A DNA stretch of 64,000 nucleotides from Lytechinus pictus (taxonomy: Eukaryota). The notes below the pieces were generated by a model, which made no database searches, was not told where the DNA came from, and worked only from the letters and a program-made list of their open reading frames with translations. The position numbers were made by a program, and so were the translations under genes. Below, in pieces: positions 25,733 through 38,512 of the stretch (the stretch's first letter is position 1; each line of letters opens with the position of its first letter). The stretch covers positions 43,712,001 to 43,776,000 of the forward strand of contig NC_087245.1 of the NCBI RefSeq assembly GCF_037042905.1, written 5' to 3'.

Positions 25733-26856
25733 TACCTCAAGCAATGTTCGTGCAGGCTCCACTCCACTTCACTACCGCTACACTACACTCCACCTACCCA
25801 AAAATCAAGACCCAAAACTCGCTCTGATACTCCGAGTGGCAAAGCCAAAGGTGGGAAAAAATGCATATTTATTGTAAAATTTCACTCCATATCCATCCTC
25901 CGGTTAGCCTCCTGCTTCACTAAGAGAGGAGCATGGTTTTTTAGCTGCACTTAGTAACTTTTTAGAATATTTTAAAATGGCACTGTACATACTCCACACC
26001 AGACCTGCCAAATATAGTATGACAGTCCGTGGACTGGGAGGCAGCGTATGTTTCGGATAAGATCGTAGATCTCAACGTGAGGGGTTCGAGTCCTGCTCAT
26101 GCCGAAATGTGTCTAACAAAAAATCTGATGTTATAGCGTTGTGTGTTAGCGTGCCTCACCACTGTATTCAGTGCAGGTGTGAATGCAGTTGGAAAACACT
26201 CCGTCCATCGGAAAGGACGCAAATGTTGGTCCCGTGTATAGGAGAGTCACAACCTATGCACGTTAAAACCAATACACTATTCGTCAAAGAGTAGGGTGTT
26301 CACCCGGTGTATTGCACCTGCCGGCCCCCAGTACTACAATACTGCAAGAATCTTCAGGATTGAAGGAGGCAGTCAGTGTAGGTTGAAGAAGTTGAAGAAG
26401 ACTGTACTTTATCAGAAGAAGCAGAAGAAGCCTCGAAATTGGTGATTTAGAGCCAACATCGAGTTCATCACACGTATAAATAATTCGCTGCCAATATCAA
26501 AACATCACATGCGCATATGCGAGGGTCCGAGCTCAGTCCCTCGCGCATGTGATGTTTTTAAATGGGCAGCGAATTATTTGTACGTGTGAGGAACTCGATG
26601 TTGACTCTAAATCACCAATTTTTAGGCTAACCGGAGGATGGATGTGGATTGAAATTAGGGTGTAAAGTAAGAAAGTAAGCTTTTATTTTTTTTTGATGCC
26701 GTGTAGACGTATAATTTTTACAATAAATATGCATTTTTTCCCACCTTTGCCACTCGGAGTATGAGAGCGAGTTTTGGGTCTTGATGTTCGGGTATTTGGA
26801 GTGTAGTGTCGCGGTAGTGAAGTGGAGTGGAGCCTGCACGAACAATGCTTGAGGTA
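25733..26856. mobile_element. MULE-like long-TIR element containing a SINE
   Basis: Inverted arms of roughly 170-230 bp beginning TACCTCAAGCAATGTTCGTGCAGGCTCCAC. Flanks GACTTAAAG and GACTTGAAG (imperfect and offset). Internal palindrome at 26437-26621. Confidence 0.7.
26030..26430 (+). mobile_element. tRNA-derived SINE with a Nin/Deu-type core
   Basis: B box GGTTCGAGTCC at about 26080-26090. Core CATCGGAAAGGACGCAAATGTTGGTCCCG...TGCACGTTAAAACC...TCGTCAAAGAGTAGGGTGTTCACCCGGTG. GAA-rich tail. Ends approximate. Confidence 0.7.
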
Positions 26857-27569
26857 GACTTGAAGTTGAAAATGCCATGCTATGAGTTCAATGCTATTAC
26901 TGAACATGTGATTTCTATGGGAAAATTGAGAAAACAAATCACTGATGAGCTATTTTTACAATATTTTATTATTTTGTGAATGTAAAGGCTTTGAAAATGT
27001 GTTTTTTTACCCTTTTCATCATTTTTCTATTCAACTTACATGTACATGTACATGTACTGTAGATCATCTAGTTCCCTTTGGCTTTGGCAGGATGGCCAGG
27101 CTAGAGTCTATGTAGATCTAGGTCTGATTATTTTCTGATGCGTACATCATGAGTTCAGAAATACAAGGCCAATCGGTCATACAATCGTGCACCTTACTAA
27201 CAGTAACACTTGCGGCTGATATGGGTTTGAGCTCAGCCACTTTTATCTCTGTGACTGTCGGGCATCTCACCTCCTTCAAAAAGCACGGGTATCTCAACAT
27301 TGGCTTCAATACTGTGCCTAAAAAGTTGTAAAATGTGCTTTTCATACTGTAAATTCATCACCAGTTTTTTATCATTTGATTAGATGTGGATTGTGGTAGA
27401 GACACTCATTCAATGAACAAGGTTTTGTATCTAGATCTACATGTAACCTTGTTTGTTCTCTGTTACTATTGGAAGTGTGGTGAAATATGGTAGGCGTTTG
27501 GATCTGGATCTGGATGGTTGATACGTACAAACACCTGGTGTGGCTATCCTGTACATTTTTGGCAGTGCA

Positions 27570-29420
27570 TGAAGTCGGATGTGTACTTAATTTATTTGGA
27601 TCTTTTCAAGAATTTCTTTGAAATTGGGGATTGGTGTAGCCTCCCTTACAGTATCGGGGAGTTTATTCCATTGGGGAATTGTTCTTGGGTATAGAGACTG
27701 CTGGTAGCATCTCTTATTTGCCCTTATGTGGTTGTAAACAAACTTCTTTGAAGAGTGCCATATTGTTATACTCTGAGCCGTGTACCTCAAGTGATGTTCG
27801 TGCAGGCTCCACTCCACTTCACTACCGCTACACTACGCTCCACCTACCCAAACATCAAGGTAGGCTACAGAACTCACTTGGATACTCCGAGTGGCAAAGG
27901 TGGGAAAAAATGCATAATTATTGTAAAAAATATACTTCGAAATGGCATAAAAAAAGAATAAAAGCTTAATTTCTTACCTTACACCCTAATTTCACTCCAT
28001 ATCTATCCTCACATAAATAATTCGCTGCCGATGCATTTTTTCCCTTCTTTGCCACTCGGAGTATCCAAGTGAGTTTTGTACCTTGAGGTTCGGGTAGGTG
28101 AAGCATAGTGTAGCGGAAGAGTGGAGCCTGCAGGAACATCGCTTGAGGTATGAGCCGTGTTGATTTTCAAGAGATGTTTGATGTTACTGGGAATTAGTAT
28201 ACCTTGAGTTTCCTTGTAGACGATCAATAGGCGGGCTTTGGATCTTCTTTCTTTCCCATCCCAGGCACCTCATTATGCTTGTAACACTAGCAGTCCTGCT
28301 GTACTCATTGCATGCGAATCTTGCAGCATGTCTTTGGACTTTCTCCATGGCTTGTTTGTTGTTCTGCTGGCAAGGATCCCAGAGAGCATGACAATATTCC
28401 AGGAGAGGACGTACTAGTGTGGGGTAAGCTATGGCTTTCGTTTGTGTGTCACAGCCGTACAGATTTCTCCTTAGAAGGCCAAGCTGACGGCTTTGTTGGT
28501 TATTTGATTTATGTGCAAGGTCTAGGAAAGATCCGATGGTAACTCGACGCCAAGATATGGATAATGGTCGACTTTACTTACCAGGTTACTTCCCATGGAA
28601 TAACTAACTGAAGTGGTCTTGTCTTGTGAGTAACACTCCTGATGAAACATTTGGAGATGTTGTAGCCCATCTGCCATTGCTGTTCCCAGTCTCAATTTTT
28701 CAATATCGGCTTGGAGTAAGAGTTGTTCAGAAGGGGTTTAAATCTCACAGTAAAGGATGCAGTCATCCGCAAACAGGCGTATTGTAGATGAGATGTTCCT
28801 AGGTAAGTTGTTGACATAGGTGAGAAATATCAACGGACCCAACACCGTGCCTTGTGGGACGCCTGACTTCACGGGTAATGGATCGGATGAAATCCCTTCT
28901 AAAGAAACTCTTCAACCAAGTGTGGATGTTGTTACAGATCTATATCAAGACGGTCGAGCTTACGAAGCAGTCGATATTTAGGGACTACATTGAAGGCCTT
29001 CTTGAAATCCATAATAAGATTGATTTGCCTTCTATTGTCCAAAACTTTTTGCATGTCGTCAATCAAGCCTACAAGTTGAGTTTCGCATGATCTGCCTTTC
29101 CGGAAACCATGCTGTTGGTCAGTTAAGATTCCAAACTTTTCAAAGTGTTTCATGAATGAGTGTTCAAGTACTTTTATACAGACAATAGATGTCAAGGAAA
29201 CTGGTCTGTAGTTTTGTGGTTGAGATCGATCATCTTTCTTGAAGACCGGTGTTACATTTGCTGTACACCAATCCTTAGGGAGGATACCAGTGGAAATGGA
29301 TTTGTAATAAATCTTGGAGAACTGGGGCTCTACTACTTGAACAGGCTTTGTCTGGTCCTGCGGCTTTACTTGGGTTAATGTTCATCAGCAATTTCCGTAC
29401 TCCTTCTTCGGTTACTTTGG
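27570..29420 (-). mobile_element. Decayed CR1-group LINE ORF2 (RT and C-terminus)
   Basis: QQHGFRKGRSCETQL, DFKKAF, QGTVLGPLIFLTYVN, IRLFADDCILY, SLYPRTIPQWNKLP, with many frameshifts. An upstream piece (NPKPFWKIIK...FNKYFCSVFTNED) lies at 30595-30800. Confidence 0.88.
27783..28150. mobile_element. MULE-like element of the same family, inserted in the LINE
   Basis: TACCTCAAG...CTTGAGGTA termini. Perfect 9-bp TSD TGAGCCGTG. Confidence 0.85.
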
Positions 29421-30169
29421 TGTTTTTTATGTCCAAGATATTGCAACATTCTAACCCCTCAAAAAAAGTTTGGCCATTAATTTCTCCAAAGTCCCAATTT
29501 TACACAATGCATATTTGATATCATTCAAAAGATCATTTGATTCTCTTTAAAATGATACCATGCTTGTTATGATCATGCCATCATGAAAAGAGCAGGATTC
29601 AAAAGTGTTGGATGAGGTCTGAAGTGAAAAGCTGCAAAACGAGCAGAAATAGTCATGAAGGGTCAATAAAGAACATGATTCTTTTGTCTGTCAATAGAGA
29701 TGAAAATCCATTCCAATCACACCCCTGCTTCTTCATTTTTGATGTTTTGTTGTGGTTTATGTGGTGATGGTTCTGTGAGATAACATGGTTTTACTTTGAG
29801 TCGTGGTTTTAAATACCCATGTATGTTTGTTTGTTTGTTATGTGTTTGCTTGTGCAGAGGTGTGTTTGATTCCATGTTGATGTTGATGTTAAGGTGCATG
29901 AAAACAAAAGAAACCACTGAGAAACTCACCCATCACCACGTAAAAACGAACAGTGACTTTCAATATCGTGTCATTTTGCAGCTTTTGAATATTGACCTTG
30001 CCCCACATTTCAAGGCACTGCACCTCCATGTGAACCATAATCATATCATGTAGGGTATCTTTTTAAAGAGAATTAATGACTTATTAGTATATATTGCACA
30101 TTGATATTCACTAAAACCGAAGAGGGATAATCGATCAAAGTCAGATTTCCAAACTTTTTTTAGGAGTTT

Positions 30170-30594
30170 TAGCCTATCTGATATGCGCCGGGCTATAGTG
30201 GGCAAGTTACTGGTCGCACGAAGCAGACCGACGGGCGAGGGTGAAGCCCGAGCGCCTATCATCACTGTTAAAGTCATCAATATGCATATATGGTTATCAT
30301 ATGCGTGACATACTTTTTATTATGCATCATTCATGAGATAACCCTTATATGGCGATCAACTGTATTTTTTAACCAATCAAATATCATCGCAGTCTACGTC
30401 ATGTTAAAGCCTCGTCGCTTATTGGTCCGTGTTCGCGGACAGTTATGAATGAAATATTGAAGTTTAGTAAGGGGGTTCGTAGAATTTCTACGAACGGAAC
30501 AAGGTAAATAACCAGTGATGATAGGCGCTCGGGCTTCGCCCTCGCCCATCAGTAGTTTGCCCATCACATAGCCCGACGCATATCGGATAGGCTA
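30170..30594. mobile_element. Long-TIR MITE
   Basis: TAGCCTATCTGATATGCG and CGCATATCGGATAGGCTA, with arms of about 100 bp. Flanks TAGGAGTTT and GAGGAGTTT. Confidence 0.75.
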
Positions 30595-31391
30595 GAGGAG
30601 TTTAGATCCGGAAGGGAGGGGTCTTCATTGGTGAAGACTGAACAAAAGTATTTGTTGAATGCTGTTGCTTCCTCTAAAGCCTTTGTAACTGTTCTTCCCT
30701 GAACTTCGAGTGGTGGGATACTAGTTACTTCTTGTCGTTTGGCCTTAATGATTTTCCAAAAGGGTTTGGGGTTTTCGGTTCTCAGGCTGGCCCCAACAAC
30801 GTTTGGCTTATTTTCATGTTTTTGGGGGGACAAATGCTTTATTTTTTGACACTGTTAGTTTCCATTACAACTATTCATCATATAACTTGGTTTTTAAGTA
30901 AATTAAAGTCTTTTAATTATTTTTTTCTAAATTAAAAATAGAGATTGAAAAATGACAATTCTCTTAAACTTTTATTTTTCACCAATAGAGGGCCTGCACA
31001 AAATATGCAAAAAATTGATTTTTTTTTTTTTTTTTTTTTAATTTTTTTTTTTTTAGTGTTCCGGTGAATACAAAAATGATCCCCACGTTACTAATGAAAA
31101 ATAGATTGCAACTGTATGAAAATTTTTATTTTTGGTTAAAAAAGTGGCATTTTAATGACTTTTTAAAACGTGTGTTGTACACTACATAGACAGTCATAGA
31201 TCTACATTTAGATTCCCCACAGGCAGGGTGGTAGTGCTCAGTGAACAAGAGACATACTGTAGGCGTAGTCCGTACCTGCTCAAATTTGACATGCTTTTCT
31301 GCAATATTTTTTGTTCTAAAAATTTGTTAAATGTTTTCACAATTTGAACATCTGCATCAATGTTTGTAACTTTTTAAAATATATTTGTCCA

Positions 31392-33813
31392 TTTTTGTCT
31401 CGCCTGCGTAGCAGAGCGAGACATATGTATCACTATTTCCGGCGTAGGCGTCGTCGTCGTCAACAATTGTGTTGTACACCCAATAACTTTCTATAGCTTC
31501 GAGGTGGGATCACCAAATTCATACCAGAGGTCCATCTCCTGAAGGCACAGGTCAAGTTCGAATATGAGTCAAATTTGAATAAGGTCAAAGGTCAATGAAC
31601 TTTCCATGACTGGCACTGTGCTATGTTGTACACATAATAACTTTCTATATCTTCGAGGTGGGATCACCAAATTCATACCAGAGGTCCATCTCCTGAAGGC
31701 ACAGGTCAAGTTCGAATATGAGTCGAATTTGAATAAGGTCAAAGGTCAATGAACTTTCCATGACTGGCACTGTGCTATGTTGTACACATAATAACTTTCT
31801 ATATCTTTGAGATGGGATCACCAAATTCATACCAGAGGTCCATCTCCTGAAGGCACAGGTCAAGTTCGAATATGAGTCGAATTTGAATAAGGTCAAAGGT
31901 CAATGAACTTTCCATGACTGGCACTGTGCTATGTTGTACACATAATAACTTTCTATATCTTCAAGGTAGGATTGCCAAATTCATACAAGAGGTCCATCTT
32001 TTGAAGGTGCAGGTCAAGTTCGAATGTGAGTTGAATTTGATTAAGGTCAAAGGTCAATGAACTTTCCATGACTGGCACTGTGCTGTGTTGTACACATAAT
32101 AACTTTCTATATCTTCGAGGTAGGATTGCCAAATTCATACCAGAGGTCCATCTCCTGAAGGCACAGGTCAAGTTCGAATATGAGTCGAATTTGAATAAGG
32201 TCAAAGGTCAATGAACTTTCCATGACTGGCACTGTGCTATGTTGTACACATAATAACTTTCTATATCTTCAAGGTAGGATTGCCAAATTCATACAAGAGG
32301 TCCATCTTTTGAAGGTGCAGGTCAAGTTCGAATGTGAGTTGAATTTGATTAAGGTCAAAGGTCAATGAACTTTCCATGACTGGCACTGCTGTGTTGTACA
32401 CATAATAACTTTTTATATCTTCGAGGTAGGATTGCCAAATTCATACAAGAGGTCCATCTCTTGAAGGTGCAGGTCAAGTTCGAATGTGAGTCAAATTTGA
32501 ATAAGGTCAAAGGTCAATGAACTTTCCATGACTGGCACTGTGCTGTGTTGTACACATAATAACTTTCTATATCTTCCGAGGTAGGATTGCCAAATTCATA
32601 CCAGAGGTCCATCTCCTGAAGGCACAGGTCAAGTTCGAATATGAGTCGAATTTGAATAAGGTCAAAGGTCAATGAACTTTCCATGACTGGCACTGTGCTA
32701 TGTTGTACACATAATAACTTTCTATATCTTCAAGGTAGGATTGCCAAATTCATACAAGAGGTCCATCTTTTGAAGGTGCAGGTCAAGTTCGAATGTGAGT
32801 TGAATTTGATTAAGGTCAAAGGTCAATGAACTTTCCATGACTGGCACTGTGCTGTGTTGTACACATAATAACTTTTTATATCTTCGAGGTAGGATTGCCA
32901 AATTCATACAAGAGGTCCATCTCTTGAAGGTGCAGGTCAAGTTCGAATGTGAGTTGAATTTGATTAAGGTCAAAGGTCAATGAACTTTCCATGACTGGCA
33001 CTGTGCTGTGTTGTACACACAATAACTTTCTATAGCTTCGAGGTGGGATCACCAAACTCGTAACAGAGGTCCATCTCTTGAAGGTGCAGGTCAGGTTCGA
33101 ATGTGAGTTGAATTTGATTAAGGTCAAAGGTCAATGAACTTTCACACTACTTTGTTCCTCTAATGACATGAACTGTATAATTTTGTACTTTTTAACACTA
33201 ACATTTTACTTCAGAACTCAGTACTCTCTATACCTGAACCAGATTTTGTATTTTACTTGTTTATTCTTTAAAAACTGTTGTTGTTATTTATTTAATGAGC
33301 TATAGTTCTTGGCACCATTCATGATTTTCACACAAATTTGCCAATTGTACAATAGAAAAGTTGTCATAGTTTCTTAAATGACCCTTCAGATTTGCTGTAT
33401 GTGCATGTTCTGGTAATACTGTAGACTGTACAAAACAAATTGAGAAAAGTTATTCCCCTACCATCATCCAACATAATGCTAAAGATTGGCATTTCATTAC
33501 ACCTTAATAATTAATTTAATTTTACAATTTTACTCACATTATTATCAATTACATTCTTTTACACTAACATTCATTTCCTTAATACTTGCATGGAAATGAT
33601 TATAGCTTCATAGTATTAACAGCATTCTTAGTGTTATCTGATTTTCTAGGAATAAAGTAGGCCTATACCATTAATGCATATGTATTACTGTCAGAACCAC
33701 AATTCACCCCCTAAACTGCTGACAGCCTCATAAGTCATTTAGCATAGTTTTGACATGCAGTCTCTTCATGACTGCAATATGCAGGCGAGACAACGCTTGG
33801 CGTTTGCCTTGTT
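31392..33813 (+). mobile_element. Helentron-associated (HINE/DINE-1/pearl-like) element with an internal satellite
   Basis: T-run, then subTIR GTCTCGCCTGC (31397) with a nearby inverted GCGAGAC, a short (GTC)n, the tandem array, and a 3' subTIR GCAGGCGAGAC (33781). Confidence 0.75.
31470..33142 (+). repeat. 154-bp tandem array, about 11 units
   Basis: Unit GTTGTACAC...AAGGTCAAAGGTCAATGAACTTTCCATGACTGGCACTGTGCT repeated at a period of about 154. Confidence 0.97.
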
Positions 33814-34599
33814 GATTGCAATGTTTATTTTCACCTCTTAATATTTCGTAAAATCTTGAAATGTATCGCCATGTTTGCAGCCCCACCCTTCTTCGACATT
33901 ATTCATACTAGCACATCGTGCATTCGAAAGTCAGTGCATGTTAGCGCCGCTAAACTGCGCTGCACTGCATGCGATACGCAACCAGGAAGTCTCAGCAGCC
34001 ATTTGCTCCCGCATTATTTGAAGACACGATCCTAAATTTGCGAGAACATAACCACAGATTTCTTCATTTTTAGCACATTTTTCGGCAACCCCGCTTACTA
34101 AATCTGAGCTACATGTGTATGTAAGCTCCCGCATGCTCTGGAAATACATGTATTGTGCAAATTCCACATTCTAAAGGACAAAATTTGACTTTTAAAGGTG
34201 ATTTGGAGTTTAATGTGTTTGATGTGTATTGTGGTGATTGACTCTGCTGGCTTGTGAAACAAGTGTTGCATGTCGAATGGAGGCACATAACATGTCAAAT
34301 TCCTAGTGCAGTAGTATGTATGTACCGTACTAGGAAGTAATACTAATTCATGTAGGCCCTTATGTTACATCTTTGTTAAATTTCTTGTCTTTCTTCTTAG
34401 ACCTTTATTAACCCTCAATCTCCCGGGGTATTTTGATTCTTGTCATTCCGGGGGGGGGCATTATGGCCCCCCCTTAAGATCTCAGCCGTGGATTGCGCGA
34501 TCACAACGAAAATTTGCATAATGGTAGAGAATGACGTAATCTACGCAGTTGCATAATTGGTATATTTCACTGAATTCATATATTTTTATTTTATATGGT

Positions 34600-37500
34600 G
34601 AGCATGATCGGTTAAGGGTTAGCATTGAGGTGAATTTTTTTTTTAAAAATATTTCTATCAAAATTGCTTTTAAGACAATCTTTGATATCTCAGGTTTCAA
34701 AGAACTCAGTTTCATGAAGATTGATAAATCCGAAAGTACTGGAATAGTCCATTTTATTTGTGGGGGTGCTATTACCTCTCATCACGGACGGACATTTTTA
34801 CTCAAATTAAATTCTCTCTAGTTTTATTGTTTTTCAAGTTATTCTAATTTGGTTTGGATGTTCTTGCACTCTGAACATTAATCTATTATCAAACATAAAT
34901 TAGTAGAAAAAAAATATTGGGAAGTAATTTTTTTTGGTAGGTGTGAACATTTCCATTTTGAAATTTCCGTCCGTGATGAAAAAAAATATAAAAAGTTTTT
35001 TTTACTTTTTATCAGAATAGAAATAAAAAATAAAAAGGTGTAGAGGTATCTCACTAAACACTGTACATCATTTTATTTGAACATAGCTGAAATCCATACA
35101 TTTTATTCATATCATAAACTCAATCAAAAATGATCACGGACATTAATTTCATCACGGACGGACAATGTAAATTCACTCAAATTCAATTCACTCTAGTTTT
35201 ATTGTTTTCAAAGTTACTCCAATTTGGTTTGGATTTTCTTGTACTCTGAACATTAATCTATCATCAAACATAAGTTAGTAGAAAAATATGGGAAGTAAAT
35301 TTTTCTGCTAGATGTTGACATTCCATTTTGAAATTTCCGTCCGTGATGAAATTAATGTCCATCCGTGATAATTTTTATTGAGTTTATGATATGGATGATA
35401 TGTATGGATTCAGCTTTTTATTCTTTATCAGAATAGAAACAAAAATAAAAGTGTGTAGAAGCATCTCACTAGACACTGTACATCATTTCATTTGAATATA
35501 GCTAAAATCCATACATTTTATCCATATCATAAATCAATCAAAATAATCGCAGACGGACATTAATTTGATCACGGACAGACAATGAGCAAATACTGAGCAG
35601 ATTATGAATTTAATTTTAGTTCCAATTTGCAGTGAAAATGGCACTGAGAATTATTCAGAACTCAAATGGATGGAAACCTACAACTCTTCACAATTTTTTG
35701 TGAAATCTTTCTTTGGCTGTTATTGGGGTTTAATTGTTGTCAGGAATTTTTTTTTAAACATAATTGGAATGCAGATAGAGTTGGAAGCTACATGTATGCC
35801 AAAAAGCAGGAGATGAAATAGAGCAAAATAAGTCAAAAGCTGTATATTTCATCAATTGAAGCTTGCAGAAAGTGATGGAAAAGAAGAAAGGAGAATGCAT
35901 ATTCTGATAAGCAGAAAAAAAAAATCATCATTTTTTTCCATGTACAAACCTATGGATTCACAATGCTTCTAACAGAACATGACATCACGTCCTTGAGGCT
36001 TGTGAAAAGTACAAGAATTCCTTTTTTTTTAAAGTCCATTTTGGAGCTAATTTTGAGCAAATTGCTGATCTAGAAATCTGTGAAAATGCATACAATTCAT
36101 ATAAAGCTTGCACTGCAGTGTTTAGACGTTTAATTGGTATCTGATTTCAATTTTGGATTCAGTCAGGGCCTAAATACATGAGGGCTGTTGATGTGAAGGG
36201 GTGTCTCCACTTTCGCATACATTCGTAATTCCGAAGCTTCGTTATTCCGAAGGTTCAGTTATTCCGAAGGTTCGTTGTTCCGAAGGTTCGTATTTCCGAA
36301 GGTTCGTAATTCCGAAAGTTCGTTAGTCCGAAAATGAAATGAAGTACGTAATTCCGAAGGTTCGTTAGTCCGAAAACGAAGTGAGGTTCGTAATTCCGAA
36401 GGTTCGTTAATCCGAAAAAGAAATGAGGTTCGTAATTCCGAAGGGTCGTTAGTCCGAAAACTAAATGATTAACTAACCTTATTTCGTTTTCGGACTGACG
36501 AACCTTCGGAACAACGAACCTTATTTCGTTTTCGGATTAAGGAACCTTCGGAACAACGAACCTTATTTCGTTTTCGGATTAAGGAACCTTCGGAACATCG
36601 AACCTAATTTCTTTTCGGATTATCGAACCTTCGGAATAACGCCACAAATGTTCGGACTAACGAACCCTTTTACGTTTTCGGATTAACGAACATCGAGGTA
36701 TAGGCAATTTGCGTGTTTCGGAATTACGAACCTTCGGAATCAAGAACCTTCGGAATTACGAAGTGTAACCCTCCACTTTAATATGGACAAAAAATGAATT
36801 TGAAGAGAGCCTAGACAAGTGTTGTGGTCATACTTGATCCACCAAACAAGCATAATGATAAGCAACCTGTGAATCTTTTGGATTTAGTTACTGGACATAA
36901 AAAAATCTGTGCTCTTCGAAAATTAATGCCTAAAAATGTATGAACATGTATCATCATGATATATCATGAAAAGTATCAACATGATCATTGATCCACTGGA
37001 TGTTGATTTGGTACCAACTACAGTATTCTCTAAATTGAAAAGAAGACATTGTGCATTAGGATATTTGATTTTGAAAAGAACTGTGTTTAAAAGCAATCAT
37101 ATGGCTAGATTATTTTGTGTGTCTAGCATAGAAATCATGTTGCTACAACTTAAATCAAGTTGTAGCAACTTGATCAAAGTTGTAGCAACTTGATTGTGCA
37201 ACTAATATTGTTTAATCATATAAAGAATGTACAAATCATCAATACAATAGCATTTGTTCCCCCAAACAAGTAACAAGAACTTCTTACAAGGTACTTCCAA
37301 TGTATTTTAATTGTGTCCGTCCGTGATGTCCGTCCGAGATGTCCGTCCGTGATGGAAAATATTTGCAATTCTCTCGGAAGTTTGATATTGGTTAAGAATT
37401 CAATATGCTAAACATAGTTAAGCTAACATACCCGAGTGTAAGTTGCATTAACAATTATTGGTCAAAGTTAAGCTATTTAGATAGAAACAATAAAAATGTT

Positions 37501-37736
37501 CAAAAATTCTGAAAACCACATTTCTATCATGTCCGTCCGTGATATGGCACATATAGTGGCTACCTATGTTTGTAGGTAACCATGGCAACAAATTTTTTTC
37601 ATCATTCAACATACTTTGCCCTACCCTTCACTATAAAACACAAAGGAACCATGTTCATCTTATTCCTAATTTGTTACAAGCCTTCAAAGTTTTCAAAATC
37701 TATCAAATGTCCGTCCGTGATGAACCGATCACGCTC
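34600..37736. mobile_element. GAG...CTC-ended TIR element (Sola-like) nested in the piggyBac-like MITE
   Basis: GAGCATGATCGGTT and AACCGATCACGCTC termini. Many ATCACGGACGGA/TCCGTCCGTGAT subterminal motifs. TSD not clean. Confidence 0.6.
36214..36770. mobile_element. Foldback/MULE-like element built of TTCGTAATTCCGAAGG modules
   Basis: Modules switch orientation near 36470. Perfect 9-bp TSD CTCCACTTT (36205-36213 and 36771-36779). Confidence 0.88.
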
Positions 37737-38512
37737 TGAATTAATTATGCTAATTTATTCATGAAATCAAACTTTTTGCTCTGATTCACTAAATAAAGGT
37801 CCTAGAATGCTATTTTTGGTGAAAATATTCTTTATAGCATTCCTAACAATTGTGAATGAACAAAATTCTGGTACCAAGACCGATTTCTTATGTATTTTAT
37901 TGTTTTTTAATTTCTTATGTATTTCTTAGTTTTTTTACTTTTTGTTTTTTATTGTTTTTTCGATGGAAATCGTTCCAGACTTAATTCTGATCATAAAAAA
38001 GGCAAAATGAATCAAGTTTAATCATTAAAAGTAGAAATAATGATACATTAATGAATTTTGGCCAAATACACAATTTGCATCAGATTTGTACATGAAATCA
38101 CGTTTATGAGCAATTTTGGGTCTGACATGCACTTACATAATGTTGCGTAATGTCGTAACCGCGTACCCGGGCGTCACAAATTTTGCGCAGCAGATGCATG
38201 TATATCGCGAAAATTGTCGAGGGGGGGGCCATAATGCCCCCTCCCCCGGGAGAATTAGGGTTAAACAATTATGATTAATATGAACATGAATGTGGTAAGG
38301 AAAACAACAATGAGGAAAACTTGAGGCTCTTTCCATATTTGTCCCACAGTCGTTTAAAAATGTTAGATCTTAATCTATGTACTGTACGTCTGAAAAAACT
38401 TTGTTTGTTTTTTTCAGTAGAGCGCGTTCATCTCTTGATATCAACCACATCAAATTGCAGTTTCAGTTTCATCAATCTGGCAACGAACAGTCGTATTTGA
38501 AGGGCAACAAGC

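Larger units (their letters stand above)
34412..38260. mobile_element. piggyBac-like MITE expanded by nested insertions
   Basis: TTAA|CCCTCAATCTCCCGGGG...CCCCGGGAGAATTAGGG|TTAA. Confidence 0.78.

Noticed and set aside
26040..26100. tRNA gene
   Set aside because: Only the B box is good, there is no cloverleaf, and it is the head of a SINE.
31470..33142. CRISPR-like array, or repeated 83-aa ORFs
   Set aside because: Units are fully repeated with no unique spacers and no cas genes, in a eukaryotic context. The ORFs are by-products of a 154-bp period that is not a multiple of 3.
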